DNA of 62,322 nt, counting the filler, from Basidiobolus ranarum (Eukaryota), in assembly GCA_040143965.1 (NCBI GenBank). It is 10 parts of 10 records of this genome, joined end to end, with 100 filler letters (N's around TTAATTAATTAA, not from the genome) between each part and the next. Parts side by side here need not be neighbours in the genome. Positions count along the whole stretch, not along the records: positions 37,491 to 43,627 come from JASJQH010001400.1; positions 43,728 to 49,864 come from JASJQH010001401.1; positions 49,965 to 56,094 come from JASJQH010001402.1; 7 more parts are not named here. One strand, 5' to 3'. Each line of letters opens with the position of its first letter. Positions within the stretch are counted from its first letter, which is position 1. Position numbers and translations under genes: made by a program. The notes below the pieces were generated by a model, which worked only from the letters and a program-made list of their open reading frames with translations, did no database searches and was not told the DNA's origin. Positions 38,790 to 52,541 of this stretch are shown in pieces.

Positions 38790-40896
38790 TTAAGAATATC
38801 GGGCCCAATTAAAAAGCCGGGAAAAAGAAGCTGATGATTTCCTTGCTTGAGCATCTGCCCTTCCGGGAACACTGCGTGAATACATCTCTGGAGTTGCCAA
38901 TATTGATGCTTGCAACTCAGTTTCTTGACTTACATCTTCAACTTCGTGGATTAATAGCTCAATGTTACGCTCTGAACTATGATGAATACTCATGTCTAAT
39001 GTTTCTCGCTGGCTCTCCAATTGTGTTTTTTCGAAAGAGTTCTGTAACTCTCTTCCGGGATTCGATGATGAGATAAATGATCCTACATTTAAGGTCAAGT
39101 CCTGTGTAGGTATATCGGCATGACTGGAAAGCCCTTGGTAGTCCGTTTTCTTAGGGGGGCCTAAATCAAATTTTGCCTGAAATGGTGTTGACATCGTATT
39201 GGCACCAGTAGAGAAACTCAGGTCCCGATGTTCACTATTAGCATTGATCCCCGCTATATTCACAGGGATGTCATCAGCAGCATCCAAAGAAGGGCTACTT
39301 TTGATTGTATTTTGTGAGTTTGATATGGAAAATGCTTGCTTTGCTTCGAATAGATCGGGATCTGTTGAGTTGCTCGTAGAGTCGGGATATCCTATATCGC
39401 GTTTCCAGCAATTTACAAATTTACCAACATCAAAAAACAAAAGAGAGCTATCTGCTGTTGAGTCAATATTGTAGTGATCGAGGTGCGGTAAGAGGGGGAT
39501 CTCAGGTAGAACCAATTCTGGAGTGTAATTAGAAGTATCAAGACTATTGCTTTGGGGATAGTCGAGTAACGAAATATTATGTTCCAAGCTTCCAAAGGAT
39601 GGTGGCATGCTTTCAATCTCTTTGGAAAACCGTCGAAATGGATTATTCTCCAGAAGTTTTTGGTACGATGCTTGAGAATAGCGATCAAATAAAGATAATC
39701 GTGACAAAGAAGATCTTCTAACCCTAGTGAAGTATGGATGACGCAGAGCTTGTCGAGCATTTAGCCTGGTCTTCGGATCGAATCTTAACATGCTTGACAT
39801 CAAATGAATAGCTTCGCTCGAAGCATTCGGAATAACATGACTAAGGCTGACGGTTTTCATCTGTCACAAAAAATAATGAGACAATATATCAACATGAAAA
39901 TAATGAGAGTTACCTTACATTTGGAAATTGGAATCCGATCCTGGATGCCAATCGTACGCCTTCATCCCAAGAGTATTTTGGATCAGTAGTATCCGGCGTT
40001 CCAAGAATAAGACATATCTTGATGATTTGATCAATCTCACTTTGACCTGGAAAGAGAGGTCGTAAAGTGTAGAGCTCAGCCATGATAGCGCCTGCAGCCC
40101 AGATATCTATAGGGGCTGAGTAATCTAATGCGCCTAGGAGCACTTCTGGAGCTCGATACCTACGAATTGTGGTCAATTTAGCTTCTAGTAGTATATTTTT
40201 ACTTGATGATGTGGATATTACCAGCGAGTGCTCACATAATCGGTGTATGGGGGAGTACTTTTGATCTCTCGAACTAGTCCAAAGTCTGCCGTTTTAACGA
40301 TATCATCTTTCATAAGAATGTTTTCGGGCTTCACGTCTCTATGAAAGTATCCTTTTCTGTGCATATAATCTAGCCCATTCAGTATTTGAAACCTTAAATT
40401 TTGTAGTCAATACCAGGAGTGAATAACAATAATAATATATATATAAATGTTTTTCTTACATAATGGATTGTATACGATTTTCCTCAATTAAGTTTCCATT
40501 TTGCTCTTGGATAAAGTTATAAAGATTCTTATCCATAAATTCGAAAACCAGGAATAGCTTGTTTCTCCTCACAAAAGCGTTATAGAGACGTACGATATTT
40601 GGATGTGATAGCTTTCTTAAAACCTATTTTTTAAGTCATCAATAGAAATTCACCTAAAGAATATCAAAAACTATATCAAAACCTTCAATTCGCGTAGAGT
40701 CAAACAATCCTTCCAATTAGCAAAGTGGTTTTTTATTTTTTTTATTGCAACCTAGGAAATAAAATGAGTTTTATTATCTTGGATAACAAAAGTGAGCGAC
40801 ACTACTTACTATCTCACCAGTTTTCCTATCCCTAGCCTGCAAAACAGTACCGTAGGTTCCTTTGTCAAGTTCACGTATTATTTCATAACGGTCCAT
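38790..40896 (-). CDS. IME2: Ime2/MAK/ICK-family Ser/Thr kinase, 6 exons
   Basis: Spliced product [79 protein letters not shown] with the TDY activation motif; five GT-AG introns; low-complexity C-tail. Family is secure, orthology is not. Confidence 0.9.
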
Positions 40897-43057
40897 CAAC
40901 GCAAAATCGAACAACGAAGAGTAATGTTCTTGTTTACGTCAAAGGAATGAGGTAACTACAGTGTCTAAGTCTAAAGACTATTCAGTCGGTCTCCAAGCTT
41001 AATAATATAGATTGAAAAGGATCAGAGGGGGATTTGAAACTAAATATTCATAATTATTCATATGAAAATTCACGGGATGTCAACGAGCCTCGTTACCAAA
41101 TAGGTAGTAAACATCAACTAGCCTATATGCAGATATAAGAAATGCGCATTTAATCAATGCATTCTCTCCTAAATTAGTATTGAAGACCATCTGGCTACAA
41201 TTAGACTCGAGTATTTAATATTCTCGCACAAATTACACAAATAATGAAACCCATGTTATTTTTTTTCTTTATATTTATCACAAGTGACACCAAATTAATT
41301 GGATTTTGCTGCTAACATAGCTACCAGCTGTGATACACACAACATTATGTCTGTTAAAGGCCTATGTTCTGAAGAGCGACGTGATTGACATGTACGCAAT
41401 GTATTCAAGTTGACCATCATCAATCGTAGACGTACTTACGATTGGTATGATATCCACTGGATGCCTTATCCAATTGATTCGGATAAGAACACGTTATTTG
41501 TCTGGGGTGATCAATTCCGTATTTCATTTTTTTCCAAAACCATTCCAACCTCAGTAAGACATGGACTACTAATGTATTCGTCTATGCATCTGTGCTAGAC
41601 GGCTCTACCCAAAGAAGCTTCAGTCAGTAAGTTACAAGGAAAATACTCCAAAGATGTCACATACACCATGTTTAAGCTGCTGTTTGCGGTAATAAGCTCG
41701 ATATTGCTTGAATTTGATCCATATCAAATATAGAAGTTGGGTCGTGGTCATTACTTAATTGGAAGCACATTATATAGTCCCGAAAGGAGGTCAGCCCCCG
41801 CCCCAATTTACCAAGCCTGATGGTTTTAACTAGCTGTAGGAGATCGTGTTTGATTCACGAAGCAATTTTAGAATATCCAGTTAACCACAAGAAACACTTT
41901 CTTTATAGGTATTCAGAATGTATGACTCAGTATTTGCATTTCGAGAATACTGGCAACCAAACGCAACTGCAGCTGATTATTGTAGAGAATAGGAAACTCC
42001 AATCGTGTTCTAGCGGGCTTTATTTGGCAAGAAAAGGTGTGACCACGCACTCTTATAATAGAGGCTTATGATGTAGTGCTCTTCACCTATAACCATTAGG
42101 GTACTATCTCGTAGGCCTTGACTTAATCTCCTGATTTTATTAATAGATATAATACTGATAGCACATATTTGGATCAAGTGAAACCTCGCGCATAGTAATT
42201 TGCTCCTCAAACCAAATGAAAAGAATGGGTGTGGATTTTCTTCATAATGAGCACCGCAATCTGACCAATGAGATGGAAGCGTCATTCCTCTCATATACTT
42301 GGGCTACATCTCAATCGGAAGCACCTACTCTTCGTTGAAGCAGAAGGGTATGGAAGAGCCTCAAGCTTGAAGTACACCTCCGCCAGTGTCATTTCAAATT
42401 GCAGTGGAGTTTTAGCACCTATTCTATGATATCTCGTATCAGCTGAGATATGATTCACATAACCGCAATCACCAACTGTAGGGTCGTCAATATCTTGATT
42501 GTCATGTGGTCGAGGGGTATCAACTGTAAGGTCCTCTCTACTGGGGTCAAATTTTACTTGGGTATTATGACCAAGCTTCGATTGTACTCTGTGTACGACT
42601 GAATTTACCAATCAAAGGCGGAATAATCGACCAACCAAAACAAATGAATCCATATTGGTGCTCCCGGCGTTTTGTCGGGGATCGAGACTGGATTGACTGC
42701 TAGATCAATATAAAAAAGCAATACAAAAAAAGCTGAGCATCAATATCAATAACTGGAACAATCACATCATCGAGAACTTTAGCAACAGAGCTCATGCAGG
42801 TCACTAATAAAAAACCTGGATCTTAAGGGAACTCATGGCGATGACTGAATAGGGGCATACTATACTAATTTGAGTGATCCTATTGCTCATCAATATCCAA
42901 CCAAATCCTAGAAAATAGAAACGGTGGTGCTGAATATAAAAAGCGAATGGCTAATTTCTGATCTTCTATCCCTCTTCTCTTTCTACTCTCTCGGTTTACT
43001 TTCCGCTGTCAAATTTAGTATAAATTTATATACTCGACGGTAGTAATCCTGTTCATA

Positions 43058-43627
43058 ATGTATATACAAAATCCTGAAGAGTACCCTACCGGCCATCCCC
43101 TGACAAATCCTCATTCGCACTCTCACCACCACCACCATCATCATCATCATTGCCATCACCATAATCCTTCGGGTAATTCATTAGCATTGCTTGCTGAATG
43201 TTCTCTTTCTTCTGAGACGGCATATCATGACTACCCCTATGAGACTTCTTCAACTGAAATTCACTCTCGACGATCCTATATCATTAACTTGGATAACTAC
43301 GATAATTCCCTTAAACGCAAGCTACAGTTTCAACCAGAGGCATACACAAGCCATCGAAGCTGTATTCTTTGTGAGAATACTGATGACAGTAGCCAAGACA
43401 CTGCTTTAAATCATGACAGCAACTCGTATCATGTGTCTTTATCTCCTACACATCCTATTTGTAGCACTGATTGCTGCGAGAAAGGAAAGACCTCTGATAT
43501 CTACGACTTACTTAATCAAGAATGCGATTCGGACTGTATTGACCATCACTGCTGTCGTTTTGAGTTTTTTGAAAATGAGGAGGAACAGGAAGAAGAAGAG
43601 GATGAAGCAACCAATTCTAACGTACAC
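43058..43627 (+). CDS. His/Cys-rich acidic protein N-terminus, 3'-truncated (possibly a zinc-responsive C2H2 transcription factor)
   Basis: ORF open to the contig end with poly-His, clustered Cys (CSTDCC, CDSDCIDHHCC) and poly-Glu; TATAAAA at 42935 and a pyrimidine-rich leader. Confidence 0.6.
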
Positions 43628-43732
43628 NNNNNNNNNNNNNNNNNNNNNNNNNNNNNNNNNNNNNNNNNNNNTTAATTAATTAANNNNNNNNNNNNNNNNN
43701 NNNNNNNNNNNNNNNNNNNNNNNNNNNCGTAC

Positions 43733-45186
<1,454 letters not shown>

Positions 45187-45900
45187 TTTTGCAAACCGAA
45201 GCTGACTCGAAGTGCAATACAAGAAGGTTTGGAATAAAAGCAAAGAAAATACCTAAAACCAAGATGGCTTAAGGAAAATAGGGACCTATGCTAAGGTCCA
45301 AATTTCTAGGGATAAAGCACACGGTTTAGCACATGCATAATAAGAAATGATCGAGTAAAAAAAGGAAAAATGCGAATTGGCTCAATTATAGTAGGATAAT
45401 AATGGCAGAAATATGCGAGTTGTGTGACTGTAACTATCCAATCTAGTATCGAATCCTTGAGTATCACTACCCTTCAGTTACAACTCAGGGTTGAGAGCCA
45501 TACGTTGATTTCTTGTTTAACATCCTTCAGACCTAGACAAGAATTCAAAGTACTGGATGTATTAAGCAATCGTTACATATAATCTCTAAAACTAAGCAGT
45601 CTGTCTGCAACAAATTCAGCGGAATCTAAATATCAATATCAAAAATAAGCTACACCTTCAGCCTTGCTTGATGGATTATTCACAGCCGGCAATTTCAGTG
45701 TTCGTTCTATCGGAATAAGAATTGACACGATATAATAGAGATGAAGTGCATGAAGAGTACTTGGATATGATAGATGCTTTATTGAGTGAAAGAGAAAATG
45801 GTTTGTTATAAAATACGTTAATCAAAACCATCTTATCCCGTCAATGATAATGAAATTTAGTAGAACACTAATTGGGAGCTTTTGTATGCGATTCTAGATT

Positions 45901-46682
45901 TTACATGCGGTTGGCACGGTTACCAAACTCAAAGAGTGGTGCTTGTTTCCAGGTAACAGGCATTAAACCTAAGATGATACGTGTCAGTATAAAACTTCAT
46001 GTAGATCAGTGCAGAGGAAGTGATAGAAAACAGGATAGGTACCCATAGCTCTAGCCCTCCGAATAGCCTTTCCAACTTTACGTTGGCTCTTAGCAGTAAG
46101 GCCTGATATTTGAGGAGTAATATGTCAGACAAAGATATGAGGTGATATGAAATAAACTTCCAATACCAGTGGTGGCTCTAGGTAGTATTCTACCCATTTG
46201 GGACACATAGTTGGATAACATGGTGGTATTCTGTATAAAGAGAAATAACATAAGTCTCTGTATGAAGATCGCGCGATAATATATATTAAAATACCTTATA
46301 TTCATTCAAGGGATTCAAGTGGAGTTTACGGAATGGATCATTTTGGGTCTTCTTGCGAGAACGAGTACGAGGAATGTTCTCATTAAAATCGGAAGGAGCA
46401 TAGGTCTATGAAGTGTTAATATTGTAGTTGGTCAGATAATCAAGTGAGTTTACTTACCTCCTTAGGTAAGAAACGCTTAGCAAGTCCAGTAAGCTCGAAC
46501 TTGGATGTATCTAAGTACAATGTCAGTGTGTGTATCAATTATTAACATTCATAAACAAAATGACTACCTTCATTTTGACATTTTACAGAAGAAGAAAAAG
46601 GACGAACAATTGAGCGACTCAAAGTCAAAGTCTGAGCACGGACTTGTTGGGTGAGCGAGAATGAAGCACGAAAAACAGACAT
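45901..46682 (-). CDS. RSM18: Mitochondrial small-subunit ribosomal protein bS18m, 156 aa; exons 46682-46568, 46510-46458, 46405-46295, 46230-46167, 46102-46043, 45968-45901
   Basis: Five GT-AG introns give an Arg/Ser-rich presequence (MSVFRASFSLTQQVRAQ) and the S18 core [60 protein letters not shown]. Confidence 0.93.
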
Positions 46683-47212
46683 GGTTAAGCTAGGTTCGAG
46701 TTCTTTTCAACTTGGCTATAGATAAAACGTATATTAACAAGCAACAGAAATCGAAAGAATCAATTTTTTTCTCGATCACATTGTACTGGTTTGACATTAT
46801 CCCGAATCAATTTTCGAAAATACTGATCGAAATGTGGGTAAGGCTATCTATTCAAAGGGCTCACTGATCAAAAGATGTCAGCTTGTGTAAACATCTAATC
46901 AGAATATTAGCCAGAAATATGCAGTACAGTGTTTGAATAAGATTTGGGTTGTTACATGTGGATGTCAACATACCAGTAAAATCCTACATCTCGCTATTAC
47001 ACTCTTCTGTTTTGCAAATGACAATTGGTATCTATTAGTGCACATGGCCTTTTAATACACTGTTACAGAACGTTATCTGACAGAACGAGGGGAAGCACCT
47101 TGTTTCAACCATATTTTATTTCTATAAAAGTCTCCTTTTACCAATTGAATATCGAATGACTACAGTTGTTCCTCCTTTACTACTTATATAGTCACTTTAT
47201 ATCTCTACGACA

Positions 47213-47797
47213 ATGAAGCTCGTAGAACTACTAACGTGTATTTTCCCCCTTTTTGCCTTGGCCCATTCGCTAAATTTAGAAGCTCTATACCCAAAAATCC
47301 CGGTTCCGCCTATAAACTCTGAGTTGAGCGGACGTGGTGATATGACTGGCAATTTTACTGCCACACTTATCCCTCCGCTATTCTGTCCTGAAGTACCGGG
47401 TGTAGTAGAGTATCTAAGTGGGGTTCAAGCCGGATGTGGAATGATAAAGGCTAATGATAGAGGTCTTTTCACACTCTGTTGTGACCTTCACGACCAATGT
47501 TATGGCCGCTGCGGAGTCACTAAGTTTGAATGCGAGAATGAATTCCGACAATGCATGTATGGTTTGTGTCCAGAATTTGCTCGACGTAACGCTGCCTTGA
47601 ATTGGGGAGATATCAATAGATGCGACGCTTACTGGAGTCAGTTTGGTGGCACTGCTTGGGCTTTATGGAGAATTGGCCGAGCTCAGGATTTCTCTTGCGA
47701 CGCTTTCGAGACAGCCCAAAGAAACGCTGGCTGCTCCGACACTCCAGGGCGTCCATATCTTCCTCCGTATATGAGTGGTATTAGATATCAAGGGTAG
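47213..47797 (+). CDS. Secreted phospholipase A2, group XII-like
   Basis: Signal peptide; GCG loop; catalytic CCDLHDQCYGRCG..K..CENEFRQCM..LC; later C..F..AQR..C; TATAAAA at 47123. Confidence 0.88.
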   Translation: MKLVELLTCIFPLFALAHSLNLEALYPKIPVPPINSELSGRGDMTGNFTATLIPPLFCPEVPGVVEYLSGVQAGCGMIKANDRGLFTLCCDLHDQCYGRCGVTKFECENEFRQCMYGLCPEFARRNAALNWGDINRCDAYWSQFGGTAWALWRIGRAQDFSCDAFETAQRNAGCSDTPGRPYLPPYMSGIRYQG

Positions 47798-48702
47798 AAA
47801 CAGGTCTGTCTATGTGTACTCTTTTTAGTCTAGCCCAAACTTGGTAATAGGTTTGGATGAATCTAAATTTTCTTGAAATAAAATGTAATTAAATTGAATT
47901 TCAGAAGTAAAACAAACAAGCAGCACCTGAAATTCACTGATTGTAAGTGTTGCTATCAAGTTTGATGGTAATCAAAGAGGTTAAACTGGAAATGGCGAGT
48001 CAGTTAGTGCTACTGGATTGATTATGCCGCAAAAGCTATGATTTGTGTCTTAAATTATGGGCATGACGCTTGACTAATTAGGAGGCTAAGTGCATACTTG
48101 CTCAATTGCCTTGCCATTTATCGTTGCTAGGGATTAAAGATATGTTAGCTATAGAATAGAACACTCAACATTAGCCATGAATAAAGACCATTGGTGACGC
48201 TTTGTCCGTTTTGGATCTTTGCCCCTTATGCATTTAGTCATGCTAAGGAGACCGGTCAAGACCTATGCAGCCTATAAGAGAGTTGCCCACAAACGATGGA
48301 TATCTGACCAGCAAATTCATGCGAAACTTATTGCCTGGCCTCTCATATTATTGATGTCAAGGCCTTTGGCAGTATATTAGGTGACACCTTAATTAAATGA
48401 GTCTAATACACTGATAGTTTAGTATCCTAAAAGACACGAAGACGGGATTCTTAATATACCTGAATCTCCACATCTGCATCTTTTAAATCCTATTGATTGG
48501 CTCTATATTATCTGGAGAAACATAGCTGCGTTTGAAACGGACCTTGTAAGACCAGAAAAATAACCCTTAATACTTCATGGTATCTCTACTGTCCTCCCCT
48601 AAATCCCCTCTCATCTTACTATTATTGCTGCCTGAGAATAAAGCTTCTTGGTCTTTTCTCACCATAACGTTCAACTAAATATTTATTATAAGCACTAACA
48701 AA

Positions 48703-49859
48703 ATGGCCGGTAAGTTAGAATCTGAGCGATTGGTTTCCTTCATCAAGAGTTAGTTTTACCGTTTCCAATTTGGTCATACTTTCTATTGAACATTTAATAA
48801 TCTTCCTATACATTCTTCAAGTAGCAGATAATAACGAAGCTGCTGGTGGCTTGGCGAGTAACTATCGCCGAATGAGTGTGAGAGTAAGTACTGTTGACAT
48901 CCCGCATTGTTTCCCCATCTTTTGAGGCATTACCTTACAGTCAATATATCCAATACCTTTTCGCATGGCCACTTTGGCAAGACTGGCAACATTTCAAATT
49001 AATATGTTTTTTGTTTAGAATCCTCTCAAAAAGCAATTAAATGACTACGTTGGTTTTGCTAACCTTCCCAACCAAGTGCATCGGAAGTCTGTTAAAAAGG
49101 GGTTTCAATTTACCTTCATGGTCGTTGGTTAGTGAAAGAATTGTGTAAACATTCGCTGATACTTCTAGAAACTATTGTATTAACTATCATTTGATAATAG
49201 GCGAATCTGGTTTAGGTAAATCGACCTTGGTCAACACGCTATGGAATTCGACTTTATTACCCCAAAAGAAGAGTGTGCCTCTTTCATTGGATAGTCCCAA
49301 AACTGTTTCTATTCAATCATACACTGCTGGTTAGCTCAAACATCTGAATTTTATTTCCAGAACAGCGTCAGATGCTTACTAATCTGGCATAATTTATAAT
49401 CAAAGATCTTATTGAGGATGGTGTTAAACTTGGCTTAAATATTATCGATACGCCTGGATTTGGGGATTTCGTTAACAACGAAGAAAGGTAGGAAATCTCA
49501 ACAGAAATATTCTCGACTACTTGAATCTATATTGACAAACTACTTCAGTTGGAAGCCAATCCTTGACGATATTGAATCTCGGTTTGATCTATACCTAGAA
49601 CGAGAAAGTAAAGCAAATCGCAGCAAAATGGAAGACAATCGAGTTCATGCTTGCCTCTACTTTATTTCACCCACAGGCCATGCGTATGTTACCACATCCA
49701 CGATTATTTGACATTTGTTACATGGACTCATAGTTCAACAGTTTAAAGCCCCTTGATATTGAGTTCATGCGTCGTCTTCATACTCGCGTCAATCTTATCC
49801 CCGTGATTGCCAAGTCTGATACCTTGACAGAAGTCGAAATCAAAGCGTTCAAGGAGAGG
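48703..49859 (+). CDS. CDC3: Septin (Cdc3/SEPT7 type), multi-exon, 3'-truncated
   Basis: Exons read [92 protein letters not shown]; the first exon is 7 nt (ATGGCCG). Confidence 0.9.
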
Positions 49860-49964
49860 GTGAGNNNNNNNNNNNNNNNNNNNNNNNNNNNNNNNNNNNN
49901 NNNNNNNNTTAATTAATTAANNNNNNNNNNNNNNNNNNNNNNNNNNNNNNNNNNNNNNNNNNNN

Positions 49965-50052
49965 ATAAGTAGTTCTAGAATTCTGCATTTCACTGTTTCT
50001 TTGGTTCAGGAAAGTTCAAGACTTTTTGTCTGCATTTCCCTTGGACAAAACA
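49965..50052 (+). mobile_element. LTR family B 3' end
   Basis: Matches about 33155-33242 (ttctgca..ctgtttctttggttcag..aaagttcaagactttttgtc..aaca). Confidence 0.85.
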
Positions 50053-50053
50053 A

Positions 50054-50645
50054 ACTTGCTAATTTTCCCAGTACAAAGTTGGCATTTATGGTTTTGCTAA
50101 GACATAAGCAGACAGACAAGTAGAATGTGTTATGTAAGGTCCAAGGAACATATGTGCAAGATTTAGGGCCTCTGACCTAAGATTGAAAATCTATATTTCT
50201 GAGAACTTTGAAGTTGGTGCAATACTGCAAATAAATTGCAATTGAGAATAATGGGTGATATCTTAGTGAAATATAGAAGTAAATACTAAGCTATATATTA
50301 TTAAAGTATTAGGGAGCCTGTTGGAAGTGGTTTGGAGAATTAGAGGAATTGGTGGTTTTCACTTGTTGATTTATTGAGTAGAAAGTTGACATTTATAGTT
50401 TTGTCAAGATATAAGCAAACTAACATATAAAATGTGCTAAGGAAGGTCCCAGGAGCATGTGTGCAAAGTCTGGGGTTTCTAGCATAAGTTTGAAAATATA
50501 TGTATATTAGAACTTCTAATTTGGTAAAAAATTTCTAAGTAGATACCTTATGAGAATAATGGATAATGTCTCAGTGAATGATAAGATAACTAAGTACTAA
50601 GCTATATATGACTATATAGGTGCTTAGGTAATGCTAATTTCAACA
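50054..50645 (-). mobile_element. Two adjacent/nested family A LTR copies (truncated 50054-50298; near full 50299-50645)
   Basis: Reverse complement of 24541-24879, ending ...aatgctaatttcaaca at 50645. Confidence 0.85.
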
Positions 50646-51787
50646 GAAACAAACCAAGACCTGACTATCTACCAAGTTCGAAATGCAAGATCTTGGATCA
50701 CTAGCATATTGTCTTGAAATGCAGATACTTCAAAATTCCAACATTGGAACACTCTGTATTACACAAGAAAAATATATTGGAGATGTTCAAACTGATTCAA
50801 TATGTCAGAATGTAAAACAGCTTCAAATCCACAATGTAAGCTGAAACTCACTAAGGATATGGAACCAAAGACCTCTGAAAAAATTGAAATCATGAAAAAG
50901 ATTCCTCACTGTAGTGCAGTTGGAAGTTTCATATATGCGACAACTGGTGCTAGGCCTGATATTGCTATAGCAGTGAGCATAGTAAGCAAATATATGGAAA
51001 ATCCTGCAATGGAACATTGGATAGCGGTGAAACAGATAATATGCTATCTGAAAGGGACAATACATCATGGATTTTAATTTAGTTAGCAGTACAATATGTC
51101 ACTTATTTTGGAAGGATATGCTGAAGTAGACTGGACTAACAATACCAACGACCATAAGTCCAGAACTGGATATATGTTTAAGCTAGCAGGTGGGCCAATA
51201 AGCTGGATTAACCAGAAACAACAAACTGTTGTATTGGACTTGTTCTCTGTGATAGTGCCAGATTGTGCCATATAAATGACATTGGATAGAGTACTCAAAA
51301 GTTTATGTGGCACAATTCGCCACTATCCATCACCCTCTGGCATGATTGAATTCAATCACATTTACTCAAATATACTGAACCAAGGTCTGATATATCCTGG
51401 CACAATGGAACAAGTCCATTATCAACTACAGAAGCAAAATATCAGGCAAGCTCTATGGCTGTTGAAGAAGCTATATGGCTAAGAAGTCTTCTCAAGGAAC
51501 TTGGATATGATCAAGTTAATCCTACCCAATATATCAAGATAATATTAGTTGTATTCAGATCACCAAAAATCCTGAGCAACACTCAAGGATAAAACATTTT
51601 GATATAAGACATGATTTAATACATGAGAAAGTTCAAGACAAAGAAGTGAACTTTATTTAATGTAATGCTGCAAACATGCTTGCAGATATAATAACAAAAC
51701 CACTCAAACCTTCAAGCTTTGAAAAGTTAAGAGCAGGAATAGGCATAGTGAATATAAGCACAATGATGAATAAGAATTAAGGGAAAG
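50646..51787 (+). mobile_element. Degenerate Copia RT-RNase H with PPT
   Basis: FEMQDLG, SAVGSFIYA..RPDIAIAVS..SKYMENP..HWIAVK, GYAEVDW, GGPISW, RIKHFDIRH, MLADIITKPL; PPT AAGGGAAAG. Confidence 0.92.
51236..51417. mobile_element. 182-bp MITE with 10-bp TIRs and 3-bp TSD inserted in Copia RNase H
   Basis: ATT-[GGACTTGTTC...GAACAAGTCC]-ATT; removing the element and one ATT restores KQQTVVLSTTEAKY. Confidence 0.88.
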
Positions 51788-52104
51788 TGTTGGATAATTA
51801 AATTTTTATAACATTTAGTTAACTTTAGTTGTGATATATATATATCAGAAACAGAAAGCAACATATATATAGGCCCTATATTCTAAATAGGAGTATTTCT
51901 ATATCTATATAACAAGTATGTCTTACTAACCCCACCGATCTATTATATCTTATTACATAAACCCCTGAATATCTCAAACAATTGATTTACTTTTCTACCA
52001 TATAAGTCACCATATACTCTTAAGAATAAACTAGCTAAAACACACTATCATAAGTTGCTTTTAATATGCAAAGTCTACCCTGATTATGTCAAGATCCTCC
52101 AACA
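51788..52104 (+). mobile_element. Copia LTR family D (3' LTR)
   Basis: TGTTGGA...TCCAACA inverted termini directly after the PPT. Confidence 0.85.
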
Positions 52105-52271
52105 GATACGCCTATTTTCAATTTTGTTAAAAAAATACACTGGCATACATTTCTCCAAGTTATTTTAAGCACCTCCAGTTCATCCCAAAAACTCAAGGCA
52201 ATCAACTACTGAATCAATTCCAAAAGATTCTTTAAATATTTACAAGTAGTAACATCAAGTGCCACCAACAT

Positions 52272-52541
52272 GTTACCCATTATTCTCAATTGGAATTTAA
52301 TTGGTATATTTTTACCAACTTAAAAGTTCTCAGATATATAGATTTTTCAAACTTGTGCTAGAAGCCCCAAACCAGACACACATGCTTCTGGGACCTTCTT
52401 TGGCACATTCTACATATTGGTTTGCTTATTTCTTGACAAAAGCATAAATGGCAACTTTCTACACAACAGATCAATAAGTGACAACCACCAATTTCTCCAA
52501 TTCTTGATACCACTGCCAGCAGGCTCTCAAGTACTTTAACA
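52272..52541 (+). mobile_element. 5'-truncated family A LTR
   Basis: Reads ttacccattattctc...taccaactt..aagttctcag...tactttaaca, matching the 3' part of 24541-24879. Confidence 0.8.
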
